From positions 229-64,228 of the IMG/VR virus record IMGVR_UViG_3300020204_000066: DNA of 64,000 nt; one strand, 5' to 3'. The notes under the pieces are model-generated. The model was not told the origin of the DNA, made no database searches, and worked only from the letters and a program-made list of their open reading frames with translations. The DNA is from a virus (lineage: Duplodnaviria; Caudoviricetes). Of this stretch, positions 52,701 through 61,229 are shown in pieces. Numbering within the stretch: position 1 is the first letter of the stretch; every line of letters begins with the position of its first letter. The translations under genes were made by a program, and so were the position numbers.

Positions 52701-55700
52701 AAGATATGCAATTTTTTTCAATTCAAGAGTGTGAGTATCTAAGTCCGAACCAAATGAAAGAAATTCTATCTTATCATAATTTTGAATAGCACCATCTCTT
52801 TCTGTGTGAAGAACAAATTTATTCTCATTAATTGCTCTTACGTAATAAACACCGTTATCTTCTAAGGAATATGCAGTATTTACTGCAGCAGTTGCAAAGG
52901 TGTAATTTATAATTTGAGAATTGTTTCTCTTGTATACAACTGCATCACCATTTTGGAATGGGTGATTTGTGTAATTAATTTCGCTATTTAAAATATTAAA
53001 ACTTTCTTTTCCGAAAGAAATTACTTCATATAAAGGATATAGTTCTACCGTTTGATATCTTCTTGCTCTAGTCAAGTAAGTGGTAGTAGTCAAGGTATCA
53101 TTAGGTATAGTAGATACGTTGATAGTATCAGTTTCGATTAATCTATGATTTGACGAAGTTGTTAATTTTGCTACATTAGCATTAATGGAAGTTAATTTAA
53201 ATCCATCCGAGAGATTAACGATATTTTCAACCTGTCTGTCTTGAGTATTTTGACCACCAACAATACCACTTACAGTTCCACTTGTAGTGAAAACTCCAGT
53301 GTTTACTCTAATTTTAATATTTTTCTGTCCAAAAACTGATTCTAGTAAAGTTCCCTCAGCATAGTTTGGATCACCGATAGTTCCTTGAACAATACTAATT
53401 CCTGCTGAGAAAGTTACAATATTTGATAATTGAATGTCCAGAACATTGTCATTAGTATTAATTACATCAGTAAGATTAAACGAACCAGATACATTGGTTA
53501 AAATTAGTCTATTTGCAAATGCAACATCATTAAACAATACACCAGTAGCATTTGTACTATTCTGAGTTAAAATCTTTCCCTTTCCGATAAACACATTTTT
53601 ATCAGTGATGACTTCAATTATCTTATTTGGATATGCATATTCTAAACTAGTTACTGAAACTCCCTTTACTCTAGAAACACTAGCGGATGCACCAAATCCA
53701 TTAGTTCCGCCATTGTCGAAGTAAATTTCATCTCCAACAGAATGATTACTTACAGACTGCTGAACCTCTAACTCTGTAACAGAACCAGTGTTGATTTCAC
53801 CAATTTCAATATCAAGAGATGTACCTGTTTGAGTAATTAGTGAGGTTTTTAATCTATCGACCTGAGAAGGCAGATATTCATATGTTGCCTTTGAACCAAA
53901 GTTAACTTCTGCAGGAACATTTTCATAATACTTTCCAATAACATAAGGATATGCTGGAGTTCCGTTACTTTCTATAGTAATGAAATAGCAATATCTTCCA
54001 TTGGGAAAATCTGGAGTAATACAAAATCTTCCATTGTTTTCATCTAAGTCTCCAGATCTAGGCACATAATTAAAATCTTCTACAAATGATCCCAGAGGAT
54101 ATGTACCAGTAGAAGGTCCGCTAGGTCTTGTTCCATTTCTACTATAACTAGATCTAATCCTAGTGACAGTAGACGCTGGATCTAGGGGATTTGAATAAGC
54201 ATATGGACCGTAAATTGGGTTGCCATCATATGCCCATCCAAGAATAGGAGAGTGAATGCCAGCGAATAATTCACTACCTTGACTATCCACGTTATCACTT
54301 AATTGCTCTCTTAGAGCAAATGGATTGCTTAGATGACCATACGTAACGGTTCCCATTGCTGTAGTGAATGTATAACCTCCAGATACATCTAGACCACTAG
54401 AAATTTCAAAATAAAGGTTATTGTTCCACTTAACTGGGTGTGCCAGAGCAGATGCACCATTGCCAGGAGAAATAATTTCAATTTTTACAGTCGATGATGA
54501 ATACCCAGATCCCTCAGAAATTTTCACAAAACCTGTTATAGTTTTGCTTACGGAATTTACTTGTGCTAAGTATGATGCACCATTTCCGTTTCCATTTGTA
54601 TCAGTAATTTTTACAATAGGTGCCTGAGTGTAATATTCACCTGGATTATTAACAACAATATTTGTAATTCTTCCATTATTCACAACAGCAGTAGCAGTGG
54701 CATTTCTTCCACTAGTAATAGTTACATCAGTAACTTGAGTGTATCCAAAACCAGCATTAGTTATTAAAATTTCATTAACTCTTCCTCCAACCAATACTGC
54801 TTTTGCAGTTGCATTACCACTTATGAGCACTACGGGTGGTGTTGTGTATCCAGATCCTTCGTTTGTGACTTGTATAGAACTAATACCACCATTATATACA
54901 TAATTTGTGCTAACGTTAGAATATAAAGGAACCCCATTTACCAGTAATCCAATTTCCCCTTGTTTTACGGGATATTTTACACCATCAGTTTTCGGAACAA
55001 ATGGGAATTTTTTTAAGTGCTTATTATCTTCAGGAAATTTTAAAATAAATGGACCGATTTCATAACTAGGAAATCCAGAAGAATACACGTAGTAATTTTC
55101 ATCATCTCTGAATACTGAGGTTACATCAGAAATTGCTTTTGATGTAATATTAACAAGTGTAGCATTGTTTGGGTCAAATGCTGCAGACTTTGCAACTCCA
55201 GTAGGATTTAATTTCCACTTATTAGCAATAACATCATTAGTTTCAAATCCTGGACTTTTAAGAGGTAGAGAAATCTGATTGTCGAGATAAGGAATTGAAT
55301 TGGTTGCACGAATATTCGACACAACACCAAAAATTCTTGCCACTACAGTTTGAGTTTGACCCGTAGTTTCATCTACATAAGTTCCCTGTAAAATATTTGT
55401 AGAATATACATTATTTCCAGCATCATGCTTAATAGGAATAGTTCCTCTTTCACGAATGATGAATTGATTTAATGTTTTGCTAGAATATATGATCTCTTCG
55501 CCATTAATGGTAACTTTGCCATTATTAAGAGGAAATCCAATAGTGGAGAATACATTAATAGGATCTCCAGAACCAGCTGATGCTGGAAGATCTTCCATTA
55601 AAGTTGTTCTAGGAGTTACTTTTAGAACACCAGTTAAACTGTTTACTGCTGCTACTACACTATAGTTATTTCCACCTTCAAATTTAATAGGAATTACATT

Positions 55701-56525
55701 ATCAACAATAAATGATGCTCTTTCTACACTAGTGTCAAATGCATTTGGTAACTGCTCTAGAGGAAGACCAATTAATTTGTAAATGTCGCCAGATACAACT
55801 TGAATTGCATAAGTTTGTTCATTTTGCCATCCAGATTCGGATGATTTGAAGATATTTTCCTTGGGATAATATACATCAATCTTTTCGCCAAAAATAGCAT
55901 TAAAGATAAAGTCATAAGACTGAATATTTCCTTTTGTCTGATAAAAATCTTTAATTCTCTTGACAAAAGTTTTTGATGATGTAATTTTTACCGCTTTTCC
56001 TTTAAACCCTTGGGTATATTCAATCTCAAAATTTTTAAGAAGTGAATATAGAAAAAGATTATTTAAATTTACTACCTTGCTATCAATTAAGTGTGCAGCG
56101 GGTTCACTTGTATAAGTCTTTTCTGCAACATATAAAGTTCCTAAGGTACTAGTACCAGTTGCACCACGAAGACAGTTTTTAAATTGAGTATTGGTTTTGC
56201 TTTCATACAAGAAAATTTCATTATCAATCTTAATCAATCCATACTTCTCGGGAAATCCTTGCGTGCTATCAACCGTAATGTCAATATTTGCTGAATCTTC
56301 AATAATATTTTGTCTCAATACACAAGTAGATACTAATCTAGCATATTCTTCATTATCAATATCTTTATACCCTAAGAAATTCTTAGTAAGGTCATATACC
56401 TCTCCCTGCCTTTCTAGAGAGCGGTAATATGCACTGATTAACTTTGAAAATGCTGGATAGTCTTCAGTGATGAACTGAGGAAGTTGACTATCGATTAGAT
56501 TTGAGATGTTTACGGTAGGAAGCAT
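46719..56525 (-). CDS. g7: baseplate wedge initiator gp7-like giant protein (3268 aa)
   Basis: SQLPQFI, IKDFYQTKG and LQDGQVYQDYSY...IHPAGF motifs plus a YHYH-like domain; lies between g6 and g8. Confidence 0.85.
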   Translation of the reverse strand: MLPTVNISNLIDSQLPQFITEDYPAFSKLISAYYRSLERQGEVYDLTKNFLGYKDIDNEEYARLVSTCVLRQNIIEDSANIDITVDSTQGFPEKYGLIKIDNEIFLYESKTNTQFKNCLRGATGTSTLGTLYVAEKTYTSEPAAHLIDSKVVNLNNLFLYSLLKNFEIEYTQGFKGKAVKITSSKTFVKRIKDFYQTKGNIQSYDFIFNAIFGEKIDVYYPKENIFKSSESGWQNEQTYAIQVVSGDIYKLIGLPLEQLPNAFDTSVERASFIVDNVIPIKFEGGNNYSVVAAVNSLTGVLKVTPRTTLMEDLPASAGSGDPINVFSTIGFPLNNGKVTINGEEIIYSSKTLNQFIIRERGTIPIKHDAGNNVYSTNILQGTYVDETTGQTQTVVARIFGVVSNIRATNSIPYLDNQISLPLKSPGFETNDVIANKWKLNPTGVAKSAAFDPNNATLVNITSKAISDVTSVFRDDENYYVYSSGFPSYEIGPFILKFPEDNKHLKKFPFVPKTDGVKYPVKQGEIGLLVNGVPLYSNVSTNYVYNGGISSIQVTNEGSGYTTPPVVLISGNATAKAVLVGGRVNEILITNAGFGYTQVTDVTITSGRNATATAVVNNGRITNIVVNNPGEYYTQAPIVKITDTNGNGNGASYLAQVNSVSKTITGFVKISEGSGYSSSTVKIEIISPGNGASALAHPVKWNNNLYFEISSGLDVSGGYTFTTAMGTVTYGHLSNPFALREQLSDNVDSQGSELFAGIHSPILGWAYDGNPIYGPYAYSNPLDPASTVTRIRSSYSRNGTRPSGPSTGTYPLGSFVEDFNYVPRSGDLDENNGRFCITPDFPNGRYCYFITIESNGTPAYPYVIGKYYENVPAEVNFGSKATYEYLPSQVDRLKTSLITQTGTSLDIEIGEINTGSVTELEVQQSVSNHSVGDEIYFDNGGTNGFGASASVSRVKGVSVTSLEYAYPNKIIEVITDKNVFIGKGKILTQNSTNATGVLFNDVAFANRLILTNVSGSFNLTDVINTNDNVLDIQLSNIVTFSAGISIVQGTIGDPNYAEGTLLESVFGQKNIKIRVNTGVFTTSGTVSGIVGGQNTQDRQVENIVNLSDGFKLTSINANVAKLTTSSNHRLIETDTINVSTIPNDTLTTTTYLTRARRYQTVELYPLYEVISFGKESFNILNSEINYTNHPFQNGDAVVYKRNNSQIINYTFATAAVNTAYSLEDNGVYYVRAINENKFVLHTERDGAIQNYDKIEFLSFGSDLDTHTLELKKIAYLEDTGIGKLQVLNSGESYVPGTYNNVELVFSNQNLTTPTTGAVGLPGNAKANIVVDANGNISSIQIIETSKGYGYSIGTLLTIDPSSQNAPQQNNPSFPRAVFKILHVGFSNTNTLIKLKNNSKVGVFPTDNFVLNDKIQIGTETVTVTGIDRNARTLTVSRGSANTTATDHFNETVVTLFEPDYTLSFNTQIQTTTNENFFIKSKTGNKLEVVYGINYSAAFLTAQKIFQDNNNRNVKIRIAEAERLEYEFKNITVSNIEANWNYTNKITLIPKYKYVFDLSDNSLTNTTLEFFNNSERTSKLLTVYQNNIAPGINGAYVVIKLGLGLLKDANTLITSNIPEIPESVFYSEKNYLIGANNAENLFDVVSNAYDGEKTVIYAENNSIFYSLPSNPPKEGFTSISYTTTSVNAIGLIDKIDIVDGGFNYTKVPIIEGIVLSGINAASLTCTVNPTTKKISSINIISPGFGYSNPRIIVIDQSGSGAEFNILKTPTNGIGQVQIINGGQEYSSTPNIIVLETDNKVYAYGSSIGSLKTFNLLSGGVGFTTDYTLKPQITTPAILILQNVNYDSFVSGEEISQLNAQGVQIATGIITSWRNGSNIVRVEILSGEFQSGFNISGKTKYNTALVKEVLVSDFIADVDTKSDSVGTFFSDKGKLNVGSTKLQDGQVYQDYSYIIRSNISINDWREYIKKNIHPAGFVYFGELLLDAFGSALLPKTITTPTRTIDNGSATLVSVINLWDPEKNKVIVQHKSIKTTISSVSTNQVKKRRGQGAIGSVSAKTPDLEITNLSLQQQIDGTRTTFTLIDGSTNAPFIIQNENELIVTVDNVPQIPLKSYRVFPNSSTIVFTSAPKMYTDPVSGEIIRQSFGAISRRFVDITLNATKLQKVRNYREERNFTATIIRENISWLIEESISWFDQNNPSFVYPDRNKCKRDLSFILTAFADDILGEGTEKTMEVLKSYIQFDDVTGVPLGSILFIANEKAQTISIINKCRDIINSVISTNTAPSTTYQSTIAFKPVTWLFDKTQTPVLTGNQTQVTSIVSTFVNYLNNPLNFGIKSSPTAFIANKIFPLNIDNSTTEFDIDIDINKNTTLLVYVDGVIQEPDTAFTITPNFEIDDTPKIGVSSAKIKFAEPPKKFRSSQNNLTTDVHIFTHGNYFKLDDISVLFDETTGRNIFKLTRSGVAVNAPGPESLLVVLDGVIQKPNLSYIISADTIVFSVPPRQGSKCFILNYYGLDAGRAFSAFNTETELYDKEVQISLSAPLVNTSIENIFYCYVKSYTYNGQTYTANSYQESFAKGFVATEVRNVNSTNGNIEISSIFLNRVIGNEYLFTNAEIAFVIDPYSFGYAFTATTTSATSAKNADLREIVYPKKWGTLNNNIAAGDRILIDGESEPRTVLYAPSEASLLSNSTADPTTSFNLREYQEVINLSQTSSSSKGFGASAQVVIDRVIFLDNIATALQTDFVNGTIIRQYSVENNTTSPIIFQAVIKNDYLSKRAVSVYTTAIDGASYSVTETTPFKQNYRTYISSTNRYFVSQKSLKEAGVNLIIPNKRDLQNFFNNNSDEILLDTINSEKYPPGSTYYNDLQNVPQPQSYNYETTPLIVFRNKEKRDSINPSVILLPPTGGGAVANAVISGGELIDVEVVKTGAGYLVPPEVLFVRGFDILKQSPLYRRQFTISNQNSISYSKQYSSFDPNIPNPISVNITAILAGLNQIGSIVTVRDVKSKVGPQSPIVKYIKNIQVPSEVRIEKLPTKLVDILTPKVANSKLMEVDFDMQTMVWTSGAEIKLVKLINAETISVDKIYATGIIDKYYAFYPSAERFNVVYTEGSLGYTLKTFENIKFTQSEKPSHTDSYGRVINLGVPQTIGYFSNLYPNLKIEDFDIRSGSVYGTNETSRFRSNYASDITIMTKLGQNLVDGSNPSFTISSTILVSSDKGLPAGGGKLLLADTQNNSIEEITYTSALNNTLFGCTRSASTARAFNFATTTIRLLV

Positions 56526-56527
56526 TT

Positions 56528-58333
56528 TTACGCGCTCTGTTGAATTATGTTAAATACGCTATTTGATAAATCTAAAGTCAAGAATGCATTTCTGAAAGAG
56601 TTAATGTCGTTATTTTTTGGAATAGTTCTTACTTGAACTAATCCATCATCACGCTCACTCTTTAATATGATTAAATTATCAACCATAATTTCTCCAGTGG
56701 CATAATTTACAGTTCCGATGTTAGATCTTTTAACTTCACGAATTCCGCTGCTAGTATTTGTGTAGAGTTGAATTACTCCAGAATTATCACCAAAATAAAC
56801 TGTCTCATCAGGGAATTCTGCAACTCTGAACGTAGTGCTAATTACAGTTTGTCCACTTTCGCAAGATGCATTGAATGCATTCTGATAGCAAAGTTCATAT
56901 GAAGTTTTAGTGTTTACTACAGGATAAAAATCCTTTCGCATTTTTAAATTTGTCAAGTTTGATAAAATTGAAGGTTCTGAATTATCAATCAATGACATCA
57001 ATTTACTATATTTTAATCTACCTTCAAATTTTTCGACATCGGTGTTGGTTTTGTAGTCAACTAATGCCTCGTATACTGCATTATATATCTCACTATCATT
57101 TAGAGTTGTTGAAATTGGATTGTAGAAAATATCAGAATATAATTCTACATAAATGATTGCTGGATCTACAATTTCAGGAGTTACTGAGAGAACAGAATAC
57201 TTCTTTAATTTTGTCTTAATTTCATTTTTGGTGAATGAACTCAGAGTAGTCGAATACTTTGGTTTGATCGTAATTAATACTTTACCATATTGAGGTGGAT
57301 CGTCGTCTTCGCCTCCGTAGCAAATAATATCTGCAATACTAGGATAAATGTTTCTTACAATAGTTTTATAATCATCTGCTGTAACGGCTCTATTCTGCGA
57401 ACTGTAATTTCTTGGAGCATTTAACTTGATAGATTTAATAGCTTCAATATCTTCGCCAGAATCAGACTTAGTAGCACTTAAAATTGTGATCTGAGGAGTT
57501 GTTACGTTATTATTGAGATCAGTTAAGGTTGCATTGAAATTATACGCAGTTGCATTATTTGCTGCCGACCCTTCTGAAACCAAATATCTAACTTCGACAA
57601 CTTCATTGTGCGCTAATTTTCTTCCAATTACATTATCGCCAAAAATTAACTCATAACGCTCATCTTCTACTTCCTGAACAAAGTAAATCAATGAATTTGC
57701 ATCTAAGTTCATGATGCTGTTAGCAGCACCGTATAATGTTTTTGCTGTACTTGAAGCAGATGGTCTCACATAGACCTGAATAGTGCTGACATCAATACTA
57801 GGGTTATTTAAAATAAAGCGTTGAGTAGTATCCGATGGTACTACAGTAAATTCTTCCTTTACCAGAACTCCTTCTAGAAGCACCAAGTTGTTAAATGTAG
57901 CGGTAGTACCAACTGGTGTTACTTGAATATCTGTAGGAGATACAAATGTATAAGTTACATTATCAATCGTTGAAATCAATCCAGTACCCGCTTTCCAAAC
58001 GACCTGAGAGGGCGCTGTAATGCCCGCTGGCCACGTTGCACGAATGGATGCGATAGTTCTTGCCGATTGGGTTGATTTAGGTGTATACCCAAGGTGCTTC
58101 GCTAATGAGACAACGTTATCTCTTATGGTGGCAGAATCGAGAAAACTCTCGTTTACTGCCATATTCGTATTGAAGGCAGTATAATAAGTGTTATATGCTA
58201 ACAGATCAAGAAGAACCGATAATGTGGATCCATCAAAATCGTATCCAGCAAAATCGCTGTTATTTCTTAAGTAATCTTTGAGACTTGCTTTGATTGCTGC
58301 AAAGTCTAACTTTGTTAACTGTGTATAAGACAT
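56528..58333 (-). CDS. g6: baseplate wedge subunit gp6
   Basis: LDFAAIK, YDFDGS, LAYNTYY, NESFLDSA and QNRAVTADDY motifs. Confidence 0.96.
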   Translation of the reverse strand: MSYTQLTKLDFAAIKASLKDYLRNNSDFAGYDFDGSTLSVLLDLLAYNTYYTAFNTNMAVNESFLDSATIRDNVVSLAKHLGYTPKSTQSARTIASIRATWPAGITAPSQVVWKAGTGLISTIDNVTYTFVSPTDIQVTPVGTTATFNNLVLLEGVLVKEEFTVVPSDTTQRFILNNPSIDVSTIQVYVRPSASSTAKTLYGAANSIMNLDANSLIYFVQEVEDERYELIFGDNVIGRKLAHNEVVEVRYLVSEGSAANNATAYNFNATLTDLNNNVTTPQITILSATKSDSGEDIEAIKSIKLNAPRNYSSQNRAVTADDYKTIVRNIYPSIADIICYGGEDDDPPQYGKVLITIKPKYSTTLSSFTKNEIKTKLKKYSVLSVTPEIVDPAIIYVELYSDIFYNPISTTLNDSEIYNAVYEALVDYKTNTDVEKFEGRLKYSKLMSLIDNSEPSILSNLTNLKMRKDFYPVVNTKTSYELCYQNAFNASCESGQTVISTTFRVAEFPDETVYFGDNSGVIQLYTNTSSGIREVKRSNIGTVNYATGEIMVDNLIILKSERDDGLVQVRTIPKNNDINSFRNAFLTLDLSNSVFNIIQQSA

Positions 58334-58334
58334 C

Positions 58335-58751
58335 TTACTTGGTTCTCTCCAGGAAGAACTTTAACTGCCCATTAGGATCACCAGTTTTGTTAACGGTGTC
58401 TAATGATGAAATTTCATATAAAATCTCAATTTCATACCCATTACCATCAAAATCAGGATAGATCGTTATTTTATGCACGCTCACCCTAGGTTCATAGAGA
58501 TTAATCGTATCTTCAATTTCACGCTCCATCAAAGATGCAGTAATATAATCAACAGGTTCAAAAAGTAATGAACGAATACTGCATCCAAATTTTGAATTAA
58601 AGAAACGTTCTCCACGTTGAGTTAATATAAGATTATATAGTGCCCTTTGAACTGCAGTCTCATTCGTAACTGTAAGAAGATCCTCAGTTACTGGATGAGG
58701 TTCAAAGGACACCCCTAGATCTTTAACTAACGTTTTAGTTTTCTTGGGCAT
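58335..58751 (-). CDS. g25: baseplate wedge subunit gp25
   Basis: GERFFNSKFG...LLFE...YEPRV motif. Confidence 0.95.
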   Translation of the reverse strand: MPKKTKTLVKDLGVSFEPHPVTEDLLTVTNETAVQRALYNLILTQRGERFFNSKFGCSIRSLLFEPVDYITASLMEREIEDTINLYEPRVSVHKITIYPDFDGNGYEIEILYEISSLDTVNKTGDPNGQLKFFLERTK

Positions 58752-58768
58752 TTACATAGGTTTTTAAT

Positions 58769-58775
58769 TATTTAT
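58769..58775 (-). promoter_or_regulatory. late promoter ATAAATA for g25
   Basis: Motif 18 bp upstream of the g25 start. Confidence 0.7.
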
Positions 58776-58801
58776 GCCCATTTTCTAAACCAGAGGATTC
58801 G

Positions 58802-58990
58802 CTAGTGCCATCTCTCGACATAATCATCAAATCCTCCTTTGCCCCCACATGGACGGGAATACCTATCTTCTGGTGGTTGGTTTAAGGATTTAGTTTGAGC
58901 AGGAATCGCGTTGTAGTCGGTAATGAGGCGATTTGTACCCCAATTTTCCTGCATAAATTTCGTGTCACGATCTACTTGATACTTTGCCAT
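58802..58990 (-). CDS. conserved cyanophage hypothetical protein
   Basis: 62 aa, VDR..FM.ENWGT..LITDY; AGGAG ribosome-binding site. Confidence 0.75.
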   Translation of the reverse strand: MAKYQVDRDTKFMQENWGTNRLITDYNAIPAQTKSLNQPPEDRYSRPCGGKGGFDDYVERWH

Positions 58991-59036
58991 CTGTTTTCTC
59001 CTAAAATAAGGTTGAACAGAACTTTTTACGGGGTTA

Positions 59037-59495
59037 CTATCCCGAATTTTCCACTAAATCGTAGTCATCTCCGAGGATTTCGCGTAAATACTCATCACTC
59101 CAATGAGTATAATACGGAGTTCTGGCAAGTTTTTCTCTAAAATTGCGTAACTTCTCACGCGGTTGCGCTAAAATTAGATTATACTTACCGTTATTTGACT
59201 GAATTCCGCCTATGTACGTGTCATATGACGCGCAATCTTCAAAAAATAGGTAATCTGAGCACAAATCATTGTGATATTCTACCCACTTTTGCACAGATGC
59301 GAGATCTAGGTCATCTTCGACGACATAAAAAATGACATCATACCCAGAAATAGGCATGATGTCTTTCGCTTTACACTCAATTATTGTATATTTTGCATTA
59401 GAAGCGTATGGACAGAGCGAAAAACCTCCCAATTCTGGTCGAACTTGGGAAACTTTTGCAATCCAGTCTTTAATGTGCGCTTCTATTTCGTTCAT
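59037..59495 (-). CDS. hypothetical protein (DUF1415-like CPYA motif)
   Basis: WI...LGGFSLCPYA...YYTHWS. Confidence 0.7.
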   Translation of the reverse strand: MNEIEAHIKDWIAKVSQVRPELGGFSLCPYASNAKYTIIECKAKDIMPISGYDVIFYVVEDDLDLASVQKWVEYHNDLCSDYLFFEDCASYDTYIGGIQSNNGKYNLILAQPREKLRNFREKLARTPYYTHWSDEYLREILGDDYDLVENSG

Positions 59496-59638
59496 TAAGT
59501 GCCTTGTCCACGATAACGCTTCTTTTTGCCGTTACGGGAACTGGCAGAAAGGTTAGTATTTTTACTACGACCCTGACGAGTACACTTTGGTTTGCCAGGA
59601 ACGTAACTAGACTTGTTAAAACTCGGTGATTTTGCCAT
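59495..59638 (-). CDS. small, very basic protein (47 aa)
   Basis: Not in the ORF track: MAKSPSFNKSSYVPGKPKCTRQGRSKNTNLSASSRNGKKKRYRGQGT. Late promoter ATAAATA at 59658-59664; TAATG overlap with the next gene. Confidence 0.8.
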   Translation of the reverse strand: MAKSPSFNKSSYVPGKPKCTRQGRSKNTNLSASSRNGKKKRYRGQGT

Positions 59639-59668
59639 ATACTACCAATGACGTACTTATTTATTGTA

Positions 59669-59923
59669 TCACTTGTCCTTCAGACTGTCAAGTGCTTCTT
59701 CGATTTTCTCCAATCTCTCAAAAATCTCATCAAAAATTAACCCAACGCTTACGGGCATCTCCTCATCTTTCTTTTGATAAGTAAACGTGGTATGCTTAGT
59801 CATAACGTTATCACGTAATGCCTCAAAGCATTTTTGAGTATCTTTTGCAACTAATTCAAGTTGAGAAATTCTTTGCTCGTTAGAAGGTGGTAAATTAAAA
59901 AATACGTTACTCATTGACATCAT
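59669..59923 (-). CDS. hypothetical coiled-coil protein
   Basis: 84-aa ORF in a tightly packed operon. Confidence 0.7.
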   Translation of the reverse strand: MMSMSNVFFNLPPSNEQRISQLELVAKDTQKCFEALRDNVMTKHTTFTYQKKDEEMPVSVGLIFDEIFERLEKIEEALDSLKDK

Positions 59924-60077
59924 CCTCTACATATGAAATTTGCAATCCTCCTTGTGGAACTGGTACTCCTTTCTCGGCATACCCTAAGTAAATCTCATGA
60001 ATATGATCAACTGCTTCATCATAATCATTGAAATACATTGTTCTTCCTTCATGAAGTACTTTCACTGTTTTGCTCAT
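59907..60077 (-). CDS. hypothetical protein (56 aa)
   Basis: Not in the ORF track: MSKTVKVLHEGRTMYFNDYDEAVDHIHEIYLGYAEKGVPVPQGGLQISYVEDDVNE. It fills the gap between its neighbours. Confidence 0.65.
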   Translation of the reverse strand: MSKTVKVLHEGRTMYFNDYDEAVDHIHEIYLGYAEKGVPVPQGGLQISYVEDDVNE

Positions 60078-60756
60078 CGCTTCTCTCCAAATTAAAATTA
60101 AATCTTAGCACAACTCCTGGTCTATCGTCACGCTGAACGTGCATCATACGTTCATAGTGTCCTGGTAATATTAATACACCACTCTCAAAAGGATCGATTG
60201 ATAAAAATGGAGTAACTGTCAGTGTATTATATAACGTATTTAGATAACGCTTGCCGACTGAAGGATCCTTTAAAATAATTGCGGGTTGCTCTTCAGTACA
60301 TGCAATCCAATAATATCCAGTAAAATCACATGGATCATATGAAAATGGTTCATACGCTCCTGGTAGAATAATATCAAACCAAGATTCTACAATATTGAAG
60401 TAATATCCAGAGAAGTCTTTGTATCCCTTAGCAAATTTTTCGGGGTCGTCGTTGTCGTCTTCACTCTTTGTGCATCCAATCTTACTTTGCTCTAAGATAT
60501 GAGGAAATACTTCGTTCTCTAGTTTCTCTCTGAGCTCGCTGAGGCTTTCAAATTGCTTTAATACATTAATAGTCCTAGGAGTTTGTGCTCCATCACGTAA
60601 TGACCAATTTGCCTTGTGCTCTGGTACAAATAGGTTTCGATCCTCGCAGTATTTTAGAAAATGTTCGATTTCTTGAAACATGTCTAACGTTGGTGCATGA
60701 GTGAACTCGTATGCCCACTGAGTATCATGCTTCACTTCAAATTTTTTAATTTCCAT
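60049..60756 (-). CDS. 2OG-Fe(II) oxygenase-fold protein, degenerate active site
   Basis: ESWFDIILPGAY...FTGYYWI...ILKDP...GVLILPGH...VLRFNF follows the phage 2OG oxygenase pattern. Confidence 0.6.
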   Translation of the reverse strand: MEIKKFEVKHDTQWAYEFTHAPTLDMFQEIEHFLKYCEDRNLFVPEHKANWSLRDGAQTPRTINVLKQFESLSELREKLENEVFPHILEQSKIGCTKSEDDNDDPEKFAKGYKDFSGYYFNIVESWFDIILPGAYEPFSYDPCDFTGYYWIACTEEQPAIILKDPSVGKRYLNTLYNTLTVTPFLSIDPFESGVLILPGHYERMMHVQRDDRPGVVLRFNFNLERSDEQNSESTS

Positions 60757-60787
60757 ACATTATTTTTGTTTATTTTTATTTAGACCC

Positions 60788-60816
60788 TTGACAGCACCTC
60801 AGATTCCTGCTATACT
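60788..60816 (+). promoter_or_regulatory. sigma70-like promoter TTGACA-17-TATACT
   Basis: Near-consensus boxes 24 bp upstream of the ATG at 60841. Confidence 0.8.
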
Positions 60817-60840
60817 GATCACAGAAATACTCAATACATT

Positions 60841-61080
60841 ATGCGACGCTATCTTGCAATCCTGACTGCAGCCACTATCCCGCTTGCTGCAAACGCTTAT
60901 CAACCTCAATACAATCCCCCCACCATCGTAGCCCCTCCTAATCAGGCACCTGTTGTGGTTCCCCCGACTGTTATTATGCCCGCTGCTGCTCCGATGTCCT
61001 CTAAGACCTCCTGTAAGCGTAACGTAATTAACTTGTTTCTCGTGTCCTGGGAAACTCATAGTGGAGACTGCCATCCATGA
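60841..61080 (+). CDS. small Pro-rich exported protein
   Basis: Signal-peptide-like MRRYLAILTAATIPLAANA, a Pro-rich linker and a C-terminal Cys pair. Confidence 0.75.
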   Translation: MRRYLAILTAATIPLAANAYQPQYNPPTIVAPPNQAPVVVPPTVIMPAAAPMSSKTSCKRNVINLFLVSWETHSGDCHP

Positions 61081-61229
61081 AGACGTACTCTACGAGAGAC
61101 TGGGTATCTACTGCAGTTACGACTACCCTTTTATGTGTCTCCTCTATTTGCATTGTGGAACTTTTCCAAGTGCCTTCATATAGAACAGATAAACTTCTGA
61201 ATGTCTATAAGATCTCAGCGACCCTTTGA
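61077..61229 (+). CDS. small putative membrane protein (50 aa)
   Basis: Not in the ORF track: MKTYSTRDWVSTAVTTTLLCVSSICIVELFQVPSYRTDKLLNVYKISATL. ATGA overlap with the previous gene; ends at the terminator. Confidence 0.55.
   Translation: MKTYSTRDWVSTAVTTTLLCVSSICIVELFQVPSYRTDKLLNVYKISATL

Noticed and set aside
21386-56525. Diversity-generating retroelement or invertible segment acting on fibre genes
   Set aside because: No reverse transcriptase or recombinase gene is present, and I noticed no adenine-specific repeat pair by eye. A self dot-plot would be needed to exclude it fully.
2221-59556. Many 60-170 aa plus-strand or alternate-frame ORFs inside large genes
   Set aside because: They overlap well-supported minus-strand genes and show no recognisable motifs.
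60799-61074. Minus-strand 91-aa ORF
   Set aside because: The plus-strand ORF here has a promoter, a signal peptide and a terminator, so it is the better call.
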